Origin: Lama guanicoe
Lineage: Eukaryota
DNA: 64,000 nt
Assembly: GCA_013239625.1 (NCBI GenBank)
Contig: MU053873.1
Span: 2,494,524-2,558,523, forward strand
Direction of reading: 5' to 3'
In this document: one piece after another, positions 1-11,610 of the stretch
Position numbering within the stretch: position 1 is the stretch's first letter
How the letters are laid out: each line of letters starts with the position of its first letter
The notes under the pieces: model-generated
What the model was told of the DNA's origin: nothing
The model's database searches: none
The model's input: only the letters and a program-made list of their open reading frames with translations
Translations under genes and position numbers: made by a program

Positions 1-99
1 TCTCTGCTCAATACATGGCCCTCCACACACCCAGCTTCCCAGTCTACAGAACTTGATTCCTTTTCCCTTGGCATCTGCACCGAGTCAATAGACAGGACC

Positions 100-403
100 A
101 TGTAAACATCTCTCAATTTTATTTACTTCACTCCACCCCACTATTACTACCCCAGCCCAGCCACCAACCCCTGGCACTTGGGTTCTTACAACATTCATCC
201 TACTGGCCTCCAAGTCTAGCCTCATTTCTTTCTAATGCACACACTGCAACCAGGGGCACTTCCTACAATGCAATCTGATCAAGTCATTTCTCCTGATTAA
301 AACCCCTTTGTGCTTCCCTCAGGATAAAGGTCAAACACTTTAATGTTGACCTCTGATTGTTGCTTACATTTTTAGACTGGCCTTTTGACATCTACATTCT
401 CCA

Positions 404-445
<42 letters not shown>

Positions 446-890
446 CTCTCTCTCTCTCTCTCTCTCCATGCTTCAACCTGTGGCCTCATAAATACACATT
501 GCACTTTATATACTCAGACCTCTGCAAGTGACCTTTTTGAGTTCTTTATCTACTCAGAACTCAAACTTCCCTCCAAATATCTGTGGTGGCCAACTCTTAT
601 TCCTTTCTTAGGCAACATCTTAGTGTCTCCTCCAAAAAGCCTTTCTATCCTTCACCTCCCCATACTGGGCAGCACCTCTCCTCTGGGCTGTTGTAGCCAC
701 TTATGCTGACACCAATCATGGTCATAGACCTTACCACATTTGTGATATTGTACTTGTCTGATCATTTTCCTCTCTGCCCCAATGGAATAAGAACTTTTGA
801 GATCAAGAACATGTTAAGCTCTTCATCAGACTTTCCACTACTTAGTACACAAAAGGTGCTTAATAAATTCTCAATGAATGTGTGCTGAAT
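100..890 (+). mobile_element. LINE L2 3' fragment (interrupted by a microsatellite)
   Basis: L2-like 'caatctgatcaagtcatttctcctgattaaaacccc' and 3' terminus 'acttagtacacaaaaggtgcttaataaat...tgaat'. Confidence 0.75.
406..466. repeat. compound microsatellite (CA)n(TC)n
   Basis: CA run 406-442 directly followed by TC run 443-466. Confidence 0.98.
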
Positions 891-894
891 TTGA

Positions 895-1060
895 AAAGTT
901 AGAAGTCCCCTTAAAATTCATCTAGTCCAACCCCATTATTTTCAGATAGCAAAACTGAGCCCTCAGAGAGGGGAAGAAGATTTTCCAGAGCCACCCAGCA
1001 AAAAGACAACAGAATCAGGGTAGATCTATGTCATCCTGACTGCTCATTCAGTGTCTAATC
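895..1060 (-). mobile_element. MIR/MIR3 SINE fragment
   Basis: reverse MIR core 'cccattattttcagatagcaaaactgagccctcagagagggg'. Confidence 0.8.
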
Positions 1061-1228
1061 CATCTTATGTATTCGATTTTAATCAAATCCATATTTATTT
1101 GACTAAATATTTATTTAAGTATATATAAACAAGTAAATGTTATTTGACTAAATAAATACGGAGTGAACATGTACTTTGGGAAACTAGAGATGGCTAAGGT
1201 ATGCATTCCACCCTCAAGAAGTGCACAA

Positions 1229-1289
1229 CACTGTAAAATGACTATAACTCAATAAAAAAAGTTTTAAAAAATCAAAAAAAATTTTTTAA
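1229..1289 (+). mobile_element. ultra-short 5'-truncated L1 3' end with A-rich tail
   Basis: 'cactgtaaaatgactataactcaataaaaaa' plus A tail, flanked by AAGTGCACAA (1219-1228) and AAGTACACAA (1290-1299). Confidence 0.7.
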
Positions 1290-1321
1290 AAGTACACAAT
1301 CCAGTTTGTAGGGGCAAATGT

Positions 1322-1342
1322 TTCAGCACTGCGGACAGCTCC
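1322..1342 (+). promoter_or_regulatory. REST/NRSF RE1-like silencer site 1
   Basis: TTCAGCACTGCGGACAGCTCC vs consensus TTCAGCACCnCGGACAGCGCC, with correct 2-nt half-site spacing. Confidence 0.65.
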
Positions 1343-1884
1343 CCCAGTGGCAACTTACTAGGGCTGATCCTTGCATAGTTTACTGGTTTGTGGTAAATGT
1401 GTAGTGAAAGGTTGCTCAGCTAATTTTAAAAGAAAAAGAAAGTAAGTAAAATATTTGTGGGATTTTCTCTCCGGAGGATTTAATTTTTCTCTTTGGTGGA
1501 GTGACATGTACAGAGGACTCAACCAGCCACAAAGCCACACCAACATCCTTAGAGCCCTGGTTCTTCCAGGGAGCTCCATCCAAGGAAAGAATTTCCTATC
1601 AAGTGCTTGGATTGGGCTTCCTCTGAGGCATCCCTGTCCTCCAGAAAGTCTGGAACATGAAACTATCTTTCAAGGAAAAGTGAGCCATCCACAATCTGTC
1701 TTCCTTGGGATCCACTCAATAACAGGCAGATGTGGAGAAAACAGCACCAGCTCTGTCCAGCCCCCCATGGGGGAAAGCAAAGTCCACAGGGAGACATCGA
1801 TTTAGCCTGCATTGGGAATCGGGGAAATCCTAAATCATAACTATGACATTGTTAGTATCTACTACTGGCATTTTCTACATTTCA

Positions 1885-2091
1885 AGCACACTTACAAACA
1901 TAATCTCATTTAGTTTGCTCAATTACTCTGTGATTAAGGTACTATTAACCCCATTTTGTAGATGAGTAATCTAAGGCTCAGGGAAGGGAATTAACAGGAC
2001 ACAGATCACACAGCCAGGAATTGACAGAGTCTGGCCTTAGACTTACCAGATTATCTGACTCAAGTCTCTGGTGATTCTACCATACTGCATT
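1885..2091 (-). mobile_element. MIR SINE
   Basis: 'cccattttgtagatgagtaatctaaggctcagggaaggg...atcacacagccagg'. Confidence 0.85.
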
Positions 2092-2601
2092 GTCTTTGGT
2101 AGGCTTCCCTGATCTTTGAGCCACTAAGACTTGTGACACTTGACCTAGGAGCAGGACACAACTAACCTATTCCAAATGCAGGGTGAGACATTCCCTCTGG
2201 TCCTGCAGAATCCTGCGTGACTTTTTTCTCTCTCCATTATCGTCCTTGATACCCATAATGACCAGGACAAATTTCACTGCTCTTTAACCACCCCTTCTTC
2301 CTTCCTGCTGTGCTCATAGCTTAAAAACATGAAACCTAATTTTCTCAGGACAGCAAAAAGCCCCAGACAGGAAAGTTTTAAACCACATTGCACTGTTGCC
2401 AAAATGCCAAAATCACCTTCCCTCCCTTCTTTCCTGTCTGGTCCAGGGTAAATTTATAATTCTGGGGCTCCTGATCACACTCTCCTACCTACAACAGTAC
2501 ACACAACTGCTACCCACTTATGCTCTTCTGTATTCAGTTTCTTCCTTATTCTCTCCCTTCAAACTATCATAAGTCACTTTTGACTTGGAAAAACTGCCTG
2601 A

Positions 2602-2790
2602 GCCTGATGCAATGGAATAAAATGGGCTTTGGAATCAGGTAGAGAAGAGTTCAAATACATGCTCATTCCTTCTAGCTCTGTGACCCTGGGCAAGCTTCTG
2701 AGGTTTAGTTATCTCATTTGTAAATTGGAGATGATGCCTATCTTTATCTGCTACAGAAATTAGCAATGAGATACATATAGCTCACAGCAG
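2602..2790 (+). mobile_element. MIR SINE
   Basis: 'gggctttggaatcagg...gttcaaat...ctgtgaccctgggcaag...ctcatttgtaaattggag'. Confidence 0.8.
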
Positions 2791-2814
2791 TTGTAGTAAT
2801 AATATTAGCACTAA

Positions 2815-3000
2815 TAATAAAATAATAATTACTAACACATTAAATGCTCACCATTTACTCAGAACTGTTTTAAATGTTTTATACATAATAAGTCCCCATA
2901 GAAACTCCATGTGGTTATACTAGAAATACCTCCACTTTTTCAGATAAGGAAATTGAGGTGCACAGAAGTAGTCTAAGTACCAGATTACACAACCTGTAAT
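2815..3000 (-). mobile_element. MIR SINE
   Basis: 'cagataaggaaattgaggtgcacagaag' reverse core. Confidence 0.75.
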
Positions 3001-3440
3001 TCACAGGGCTTGTAAAAAGAGTAGGTGCTCAATAAACAGTAATTCCCTACCCCACTTCTCCCCCAATTTCCATCAAATGTCTCCTTTCTTCCACTGCTAC
3101 TGATCTAGCTTGTCACCCTAACCATCTCCTCGTCCACAAAATGGGTATCATTATTTAATTTCTATGAATGCACTGAGGAGCCAATGGTATAAATATGAAA
3201 GTGCACCACACATAAAATGTGCTTAATAAATACCTGTTGCTTTTACTCACTTATCTTATGCTCGACCTCCTTCAACTTCTGGAAATCTAGTACTGAACTC
3301 ATCATACAAAAATTTCTCTGCAATGATTATTAATGACAAGTTTTTATGTCTAAGAGCCTATTCCAGTTCTCAGAGGCAGAGACCATGGGTCAGAGTCACA
3401 GATGGGCTCCCCTCCACAGTATGAATGCTAAGGCAAATAT

Positions 3441-3461
3441 TTCAGCACCGTGGACAATTCT
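3441..3461 (+). promoter_or_regulatory. REST/NRSF RE1-like silencer site 2
   Basis: TTCAGCACCGTGGACAATTCT: perfect left half, GGACA right half. Confidence 0.55.
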
Positions 3462-3639
3462 GCCACTACTGACCGGAGCACCTTCCTGGCTCCCAGAATC
3501 TTTTTTCCTGTTTCCTCCGTATCTATGAGCTCCCCTCCCAGTTCTATGTGGTTTACCCCCAAGGTTTGGTTCTGACTTCTTGACTTGCTTCTCTCCTGCC
3601 TCCAGTCCTAGTTTCATTATCCAGTTGTGCGGGGACTGG

Positions 3640-4077
3640 ATTTTTAGTTTTAGTTCTCCCATAAGCAGAGACTCTGAGCCAAAGTTTCAAGTGTAAGCAG
3701 TTTATTTGGTAATCCCAAGAAACAGTCGGAAGGAGCATCCAGAAGTGAAACAGGGAAGGGAAAACAGCCGATCAAAGGTATGAAGTCAAGCCAGGTACTA
3801 CTATGGGCAACTAGAGTTGAATCCCACTGAAGAATGCTGGGAAGTATTTGGGGTTACCCCCACTTGAGGAATCAGGAGGCTGAGGCTATTTATTCACCAG
3901 CTGGTTGAGAATTGCTCCTAGAGTGTTAATTCTCAAGCACTTCCAGCCTCCTCACATGCAAGAAGAGCAGGCACCAACCAACAGCAACAGCCTTAGGCTG
4001 TTGGAACTCAGCCCAACCAGCTCTACAAAGGTAAGGCTCCAGGGATGTGAGTAAGGACACCAGCAGTGTCTGCTGTA
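3640..4077 (-). mobile_element. ERVL solo LTR, LTR16-like
   Basis: right end 'ggacaccagcagtgtctgctgta' is the reverse complement of an LTR16-type start; left end 'ttctcccataagcagagactctgagccaaag...gcagtttatttgg'. Confidence 0.7.
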
Positions 4078-4359
4078 ACTCCCAGATTTTCATCTCCATC
4101 TATAGATCCTCTCTGGAGTTCCAGATCCAAATTATCAACTTAGATGGTTGTCTCTGCTGGACCTTTCCTGGGCTCTTCAAACCCAGTAAGGCCACATCAA
4201 ACATCCCACCAAACCCTACCCCAAATAAGAAGCCCCACCCGAGCTTTCATCATTTTATTTCAGGCTATCCATATCCCTTCTATACACCCACAGTGGAATA
4301 ATTTTGCCCATTTGTATCCTCACTCCATCACCCTCAGCACATATCCCAGGGATACGATG

Positions 4360-4570
4360 CCAGAGGCAAATGCCAGGGACAAGAATTCGAATACTGGCTC
4401 TGCCACTTCCTAGATGTTCCACATTAATGACTCACCTCAACTCTCAAAGCTTCCATTGCATCATCCACAAAATTGGCATTTTAAACAGGATTTTGTGAGT
4501 GATGATGACATTACGTATGAAGCAGCGCCTACTCCAGTTTACAATACGTAGTAGGTGTTCGGTCTTACAG
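4360..4570 (+). mobile_element. MIR SINE
   Basis: 'ttcgaatactggctctgccacttcctag'. Confidence 0.7.
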
Positions 4571-5303
4571 CCATGGTTATTTACATCAGTGTTAAGTTAT
4601 ATCTCCTTATTTTCTGATGCACGTCTCATAATAACCCCCGCCCCTCGCCTTGTTTTAATGGTCCTTGATTATTACAAGAGTCTGCAGGCTTGACAGAATG
4701 CTGGGTTGTTCCAGCAGCCCCCTATCTCCTAACCTTTCTCCAGATTCCAACCTCTCTTTCCTCTAACTCTCCTTACAAGACAATGTCAAACTCATTTGCT
4801 TGGAATACCAGATTCATATCAGACATAACCGGTGGCTCACAGCTGTCTTCATAGTGATTTTTAACCTCCTTATTCTGGCATTTAAGACTCTCCACAATCT
4901 GACTCCCTGATTACATTCTCCACTTTTATTTTTCGCTTCTTTGCTTTCACAAAATGCCTCATGCTTTCTTCTTTATGTTGATTCATTCACCAAATGTTAA
5001 TGAAGCACCTGTTGGGTACCAGGCACTGCACTAAGCACTGAGAAGGTGTTTATAAGAAACAGAAAAAAAATAAAAGGACTTTACGCTCCTGGAGTCCTTC
5101 ATCTAGCCTTTATCCACAGTGTTCTTCAGTTACCTATCTTACTACACCATCAAACCCTCTCCAGAAAAGCATGTCAGTGTACTGGGGACAGGGACAGCCC
5201 CCAGTGTAAACCCCAGTCTGGCCATTTATGATGGTCGACCTTACCTCCCTCTCTGGGTCTCTGTTTCCAAGTGATGAGAAGAAATAACACCAGCAAGGGT
5301 TGG

Positions 5304-5734
5304 TGTGGTTGCTGAATATACCCACGTCCTAATCCCCAGAACCTGTGAATGTTTCCTTACATGGCAAAAGGGACTTTACAGGTGTGATTAACTTAAGGAT
5401 CTTGAGATGGAAAGATTATCCTGTAATCACAAGGGTCTTTAGAAGAGGGAGGCATGAGGGTCAGAATGAGCAGTGGAAGGTATGACAATAGGAGCAAAGG
5501 TTGGAGGGATGGAGGCAAGGGAAGAGCTCTGAGCCAAGGAATATACGTAGCCTCTAGGAACTGAAAAGGCCCAGGAGAAGGGAGCTCCTCTACAGCCTCC
5601 AGAAGGAATGCAGTCCTGCCGACACCTCAGGGTTTTAGACTTCTGAACTTCAAAGCTGTAAGATGGTACTGTGTGTTGCTTCAAGCTACTAAGTTTGTGG
5701 TAATCTGTTACAACGGCAATGAGAAACAGATACA
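5304..5734 (+). mobile_element. MaLR solo LTR (MLT1C/D-like)
   Basis: TG...CA termini; 'gtcctaatccccagaacctgtgaatg', 'ctaagtttgtggtaatctgttacaacggcaatgagaaacagataca'; 5-bp TSD GTTGG/CTTGG. Confidence 0.9.
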
Positions 5735-7194
5735 CTTGGTGTGAGAATTGCAGACGGGGTAGGGACTTGATCATCAGAAGGTCACCTCCTCATAAGTGGC
5801 CAGACTAGTGTTTTACTTGGGAGTGTCCCTGGTCTCAGGGCACTGAGATGCTGTCTCTGGAGAGGATGTGATGACATGTGCAATGCCTAGCACACAAGGC
5901 CAAGCACTCTGTAGACCCTCCAGTGGAATGTGAGCAAGTGGTGGGAGGAGGGGAGCAGTTCGTGTTCCCTCTCCTTCTAGAGATGTCCCTGCTCCTTGCA
6001 GCCCACCACGCCTGCTTCCTCACCTGAGCTTCTGTTGCATGTACTATCTGTAAAGCACGTGTCTATAAAAGATGCTTACATATCTTAGAACAGGAAATTG
6101 TTGTAAATGGGAACTTAGGTGTCATCTTGTATGCAATGCACTTAGTAGGTGAACATCATTTCAAAGGTGAGGACACAGAGGCTCAAAGAGATTACAGGAC
6201 TTGCCCAAGCTCATGAAAAAAGATCACAGCAGAGCAGGAATGCAAACCCAGTGGTCCTGCCTCCTGGTCCAGTGCCACATGAATTTCTGGCCAGCCTGGT
6301 CACTATCTTAATCTTGCCTGCATCCCCATTCCCAAGATCTTACAGGCAGCAGCCACCAGCCCCAGAGAAATCACATCCCCAGTGCAATCACTGGGCTCTC
6401 CATGGAGAGCCCACCCATAGTCTTTCTCCCAAGAGACATGACAAGGGGAGAAGGCTGGCTGGGGAGAAATGATAATTTCCTGTAAGTCCATGATGGGATG
6501 AGAAATAGTGCCAGGATAAAGTATGCCCCATCTCCCACTCGGCTTGGATGCAAGCCCAGGAGATGTGGTATGCTGGGACAGGGCCGAGGTATATGGATGG
6601 GTAAGGGGAGAGGAGGGAGGGCTGGTGGGGGCAGCACAGGCAGCAGTGAAGGTGGGAGGGTGGAAAAGTTTTCAAAGCCACCAGGACATTTGGAAGTGAG
6701 ATCCAACACCCTTGTGGTGTGTGAGAAAGAGCCCTGGTCTCCACTCCCAGCTCTGGCAGGCTGGGAATGGGCCTGTCTTAGTCACTGCAGCATCCTCACT
6801 GCCTAGAATGGTGCCTGATGCAACATACATGCTCAGTAAATTTTGGCTGAATGGAAAACTCGGAGTTAGGAGACCTAGAGCCCTACAATCCACGAGCTGG
6901 GAATCCTAGATGCCACTTCCTCTCTCTGGGTCTCTGTTTTGCCATCTGCAAATCTACCTGCCAGGCAATTGGTTAAAAAATTAATTCATGCCTGCATCAG
7001 TTGAGCCTAAGCACATAGACTTAGGAGTCATACAGCCTCTCTCCACTTCTTTCCAAAAATAGAACACTTTTACACAAAATGAGCCTATGTAAAAGTCATT
7101 AACATGTTGGCTATCAGTTGACTGTTTCAGTCATTTACACTTTAGTATGAATGAAGGATCTGTACACAGGCTTTTTGTAAGGTCTGAAGGGAAT

Positions 7195-7395
7195 TGTTAT
7201 TTGTTGAATGTTTATTGTGTGTCATGCACTGTTCCAAGCACTCTGCATATAAAAATTTATTTCATTGTCACAACAACCCTGTGAGGATTAAAGCAGAGAA
7301 GGAAATCACACCAAGCCACACAGCTGGTAAGCAGCCAAGTCATGATTTAGCCCAAAGTCTGTAAATCCAGACCATAGATCCTTAATACTGCATTA
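7195..7395 (-). mobile_element. MIR SINE
   Basis: 'gttgaatgtttattgtgtg...cacaacaaccctgtgagg...cacacagctggtaag'. Confidence 0.75.
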
Positions 7396-7454
7396 CCTTC
7401 AGATCAAAATTTCCTGTGTGCCATGAAAATCAGCTTAGAATTTGCCCTGTAGTT

Positions 7455-7592
7455 CGGTGCTTCTCTGACTTTATTGTGAGAATCAGGAACAGGAATCAGA
7501 TTCCTAAACCAGTAGGTCCTGGAGTGGGACCCAAGAGGCTGCATTTCTAACCAGCTCCCGGCAGCAGTAGAAGCTGCTGATTCACTTTGAGT
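7455..7592. mobile_element. MER5A-like hAT-Charlie MITE
   Basis: 'gtaggtcctggagtgggacccaagaggctgcatttctaaccagctccc...cactttgag'. Confidence 0.75.
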
Positions 7593-8289
7593 GGTGAAGT
7601 TCTAGGCAATGGGACTGCACTGGTGGTTTTTAAACAGGGATGCGATATAGCCAGATCAGGCCTGAAGGAGCTTGTCTGGCCACTGTGCAAAGGATGGATT
7701 AGAGGGGCTGAGGCTGAAGGTGGGTGTTTATGCCCTGAGGTTCCTTCAAGCTCAAATACCTCATGGTTTGATTCCAAGAGATGTTCCAAGCCTCTTAGGG
7801 AAACTGATGGAATGTAAGAATGCATGAACCTTCCCGCTCCATCCCTTCCCCAGGCCAGAAAGAATATGAGCTTAGAGGCAGCTTCTGCTTAAAAATGATG
7901 CTCTGAGCAGCCACTCAGTATTCCAGGGACCACGCTGGATTCAATACATCAAAGGTTGAAGGATCATATAGCCCCATTAGCTGCAAAGTTTAATTTCCCT
8001 TCGGGGCTGCTGGTTACAATGAAACTACAGCAGCAATTACAACTTCCCCTTCACCGACAACCTGCTTAGATCAATAATGACTGCGTCGCAGGGATCAGCC
8101 TCATTCGTCAGGAGACTCTGAGCCACCCAAGGCCCACTGCTGCCCACCACACACCCCCATCATGGGATGACAGGGGAGACAGTGCAGGGACCCCTTCCAA
8201 AACGCTGAGACTTCCTCCATGATTTTGCAAACTCAGGGAGCCAGAGGCCAAGAGAGCGAGAAACCACATTAATTAATTAATCCACATAT

Positions 8290-8700
8290 AGTTAATCAAG
8301 TGTCAACTGTTCTCAGTCCTGGGGGCACCTCTGTGAATGAGGCAAATGTGGTCCCTGTCTTCATGGGGAGACAGAGGTAAATAAGCAAACAAGCCAGAAA
8401 ACCAACACTGGGGAGATGTGCCTGTGCAGTCAAGTGGTGAAGGATGCGGACGTCGTGATACTGGAGCAGGGCCTGAGGGAAGTGAAGGAATGAGCTGTTT
8501 GTCGACCGGGGGAACAGCATTCCAGCAAGGGGAGACTGCAAGTACAAAGGCCCTGTGGCAGGAAAAAATTCACCTTGAGGGACAGAAGGGAAATTGGCCT
8601 TGAGCTTCAGGAATGGAGAGGTCAAAGATTAGGCAGGGGCCCGGCAGGGGGGTTTTGGACTTCATTCTGGGCACAGTAGGGTCTAAAGGGGATTTCTGCA
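8290..8700 (-). mobile_element. LINE L2 fragment
   Basis: 'ggtccctgtcttcatgggg', 'gggggaacagcattccagcaaggggagactgcaagtacaaaggccctgtggcagg'. Confidence 0.7.
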
Positions 8701-9634
8701 AGGGAATGGTTTACACGAAGTACCACATGGAGTCCACCCAACCTGAGATAGAAGCAACATCTCCTAAAGCCCCAGGTCAAGGCTCTCTTCCCTCTGACCG
8801 TGCCAGGCTCTGTTTTGCGGGAGCGTCAGCCAAACTCAAAGGTGCTCTCTGATCATTCACTGACTCACAGTCAGACGTTTGGAGTCAGCAGTTACTATCC
8901 CCAAGGTCCAGGTGGGTAAGTGGAGCTCCAGAACCCCCACAATGTCTTCAGGATGTGAACTGGAGTCTCTGGAATCCATACGCCCTGTGGTTTAGCGTGG
9001 CCGTTGTTTTCCAAGACTGTCCATTCCCTCATCAGAACCTCACAGGAAGCCTGGGATGCCAAGGTCTCGGGTAAATATCTCAAATTTTAACAAATGAAGA
9101 AGACAAAGGCCAGGGCAGCTGCAGTGGCATTGTTACTCACCCAGAGGCTGGCCCTGAACAGTCCTGTCTGCCAAGCCTGCTTCTCCCTCTAGATCCACAC
9201 CCAGCTAAAGCCCAGTCCATCAACACACCTCCTAGACTGCTAGGAGATGGGAACCAGCTTCCTCTCTCTTCTCTTCCTCTGTGCCTTCCTCTCGTTCTTT
9301 TTTAAACACTGTCACTCCTCCCTTGATTTATTAACACAACCATTATTAAACTTCTGCTCTAGGCTAGGCAGTCAGTGGGAAACTGATAAAGAGACACAAA
9401 AAAAGATTGGGGGTGGAGGAAAGATCAGGGGCCAAAGAACACACAGGAAGAAGCCAAATGTCAAATCAAATGATATTCAATTTGTCCCAGGCATTATTCC
9501 CCCTGGGTTTGATGCCTTTCCTGCATTTATACATCAACGTAGCTTTATGGTAGTCTCCTGAGTGCAAGATCCCCGTCTCAGTCTGTGCTGCAGTGCCTAG
9601 TAGAGCATCTTGCACAGATTGATCATTCAAATGC

Positions 9635-9815
9635 AGCACAGTGTGAATGCCGAGAGCGCACATTCTGGGGCCAGATTACCAGGATATAACTCCCAGATCT
9701 ACCACATACCTGCTGTGTGACCTTAGGCAAGTGACTTCACCTCTCTAGGCATCAGCGTCTTCACTTCAAAAATGGGGTAAGTGTAGAGTCCCTCTCATGG
9801 GATATCTGTAAGACT
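9635..9815 (+). mobile_element. MIR SINE
   Basis: 'tgctgtgtgaccttaggcaagtgacttcacctctctaggcatcagcgtcttcacttcaaaaatgggg'. Confidence 0.85.
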
Positions 9816-10239
9816 CGGCAGTGCACTCTGGTGAAGTTGCCTGTTCCGAGGACAATGTTGATTGTAGGCAGAACTGTTGTTATCTGGTTGTTGTGTCACC
9901 CTGAGTGATCCGTGTCATCTCTTTGAGCTTTTGCTTCCCCTTCTGTATGTCTTCACGGTTCAACAGTCTAGGTGGGGCACAGTGACCAGAAACAAGGGCA
10001 GCTCCAGCCTCCCGCAAAGCTTGGCAGGAAGGTAGGAGATACGGGAGACACAAGGCAGCCCCTCTGCTCAGCTGGTCCTGAACCAAGAGAGCTCTTTTTT
10101 GGCAAGATGGATGGAATCTGAGAGCCAGCTCAGCAGGGGATTTGAGGAGGAGTACAAAGACTGGGGAGAGGAATTAGGCAGGGCACGCACCACTCTGACA
10201 AGCCCAGGTGGTTGTGATAAGACAGGAATGGGGCCACTC

Positions 10240-10380
10240 TCCAGACGTGAAATATGGCCCCCAGCCAATGTAAATGCCTTGGAAAAATTAATGCACAGGA
10301 CGTTGATCTGTAGTTCCTCTGCCAGGTGGAGGCATGTGTGGGAGAAAGGCAGGTTCTGTGAATGGATTCCCAACACCCTC
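10240..10380 (-). mobile_element. possible CR1/L3 LINE reverse-transcriptase fossil
   Basis: minus frame reads LAEELQINVLCINFSKAFTL, resembling the CR1 RT motif V-D-V-I-Y-L-D-F-S-K-A-F-D. Confidence 0.45.
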
Positions 10381-10739
10381 CAAGTTCGCAGGAAACTAAG
10401 GGCATGTTTCCTACTCCAGGGAAGGAAAAGCCACTCTTGTAGTGAAACCAAAGTGGAAAGAACTCTTCCGTCTTCATACAGCTCAGTGGGGGAGACATGG
10501 GATGGGACCAGCCGTGTACTCCGTGCTGTGCTGGTGCCTTCACATGTTGCCCCAAACAATCCTCTCCCCAGTTCCAAGGGAGGGTGAACGTGTCCCCTAC
10601 GCAGATGGGAGAGCTGAGGCTCAGGGAACAGAAATACCGAAGTTACACAGCAGAACAGGATTTGTACTGAGCTTTCTCTCTCCCCAAATATTCCTCCTCT
10701 AGTAAGAAATTCAAGAAGGAAGGGACGTTAAGGTGTATG

Positions 10740-10860
10740 TAACTTGACCCCCCTCTCCCAGGTAGAAATCCTGCAACCAGGCACCTTTCTGCAAAGCATT
10801 TAGGTACCTCTGCTGAACACGCGAAGTGATGGCTAGCTCACTTCCTGCAGCACAGCCCTC
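10740..10860 (-). mobile_element. L3/CR1 3' end fragment
   Basis: 'ctctgctgaacacgcgaagtgatggctagctcacttcctg' resembles the reversed L3 3' end. Confidence 0.5.
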
Positions 10861-11177
10861 AGAGCGTGAAGACAGGTCCCTTGCCAGTCCTGGTGGTCCT
10901 GACCTGTTTATTTATCAAACATTTATTGAGAGAGGAGGAGGAGAAAATGACGCTTGCGCAAGTAGCATTTTCTTGATCAAATGAAGTCATTTAGCTAAAG
11001 AGGAGGAAAAGAAATGTACACATTATAACTACTCCCAGGATTTGGGATCAGGTCTGTGACAGACCTTTCTGAGCTGAGTAACAATGGATTCACTTCACTC
11101 TACTCCACTTCTTTGAGCCTCAGTTTTCTTCTCCTCAAAGTGGGGAGATAATGCCTCACCTCAAAAGATAATTACAG

Positions 11178-11610
11178 TATCAACAGAAGAATGAGGTAAA
11201 CAAACTATGATGTATCCACACACTGGAACACCACCCAGCAATAAAAAGAAATGAACTGCTGATGCATACAACAATGTGGAATAATCACAAAAGCATTATG
11301 CAAAATGGAATAAGCCAAATACAAAACGCTACCTACTATGTGATTCCACTATACGACATTTTGGAATAGACAAAACTATGGTGACAGTAATCTCACCAGT
11401 CCTTGCCAGAAGATGAGTCTGCACGCAGGGGGTTGACTGCAACATGGTATGGAGGAATCTGGGGCACAGGGGGGAAAATATTCTATATCTTGATAGTGTT
11501 GGTAGTTACACTGCTGTATACATCTGTCAAAAAGTCCATCAAATTGTGCACTTTATACAGAATAAACTGTACTATGGGTAAATCACACCTCAATAAACAT
11601 AACTTTAAAG
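11178..11610 (+). mobile_element. old L1 (L1MC/ME-like) 3' fragment
   Basis: 'cagcaataaaaagaaatgaactgctgatgcatacaacaatgtgg...tactatgtgattccac'. Confidence 0.85.
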
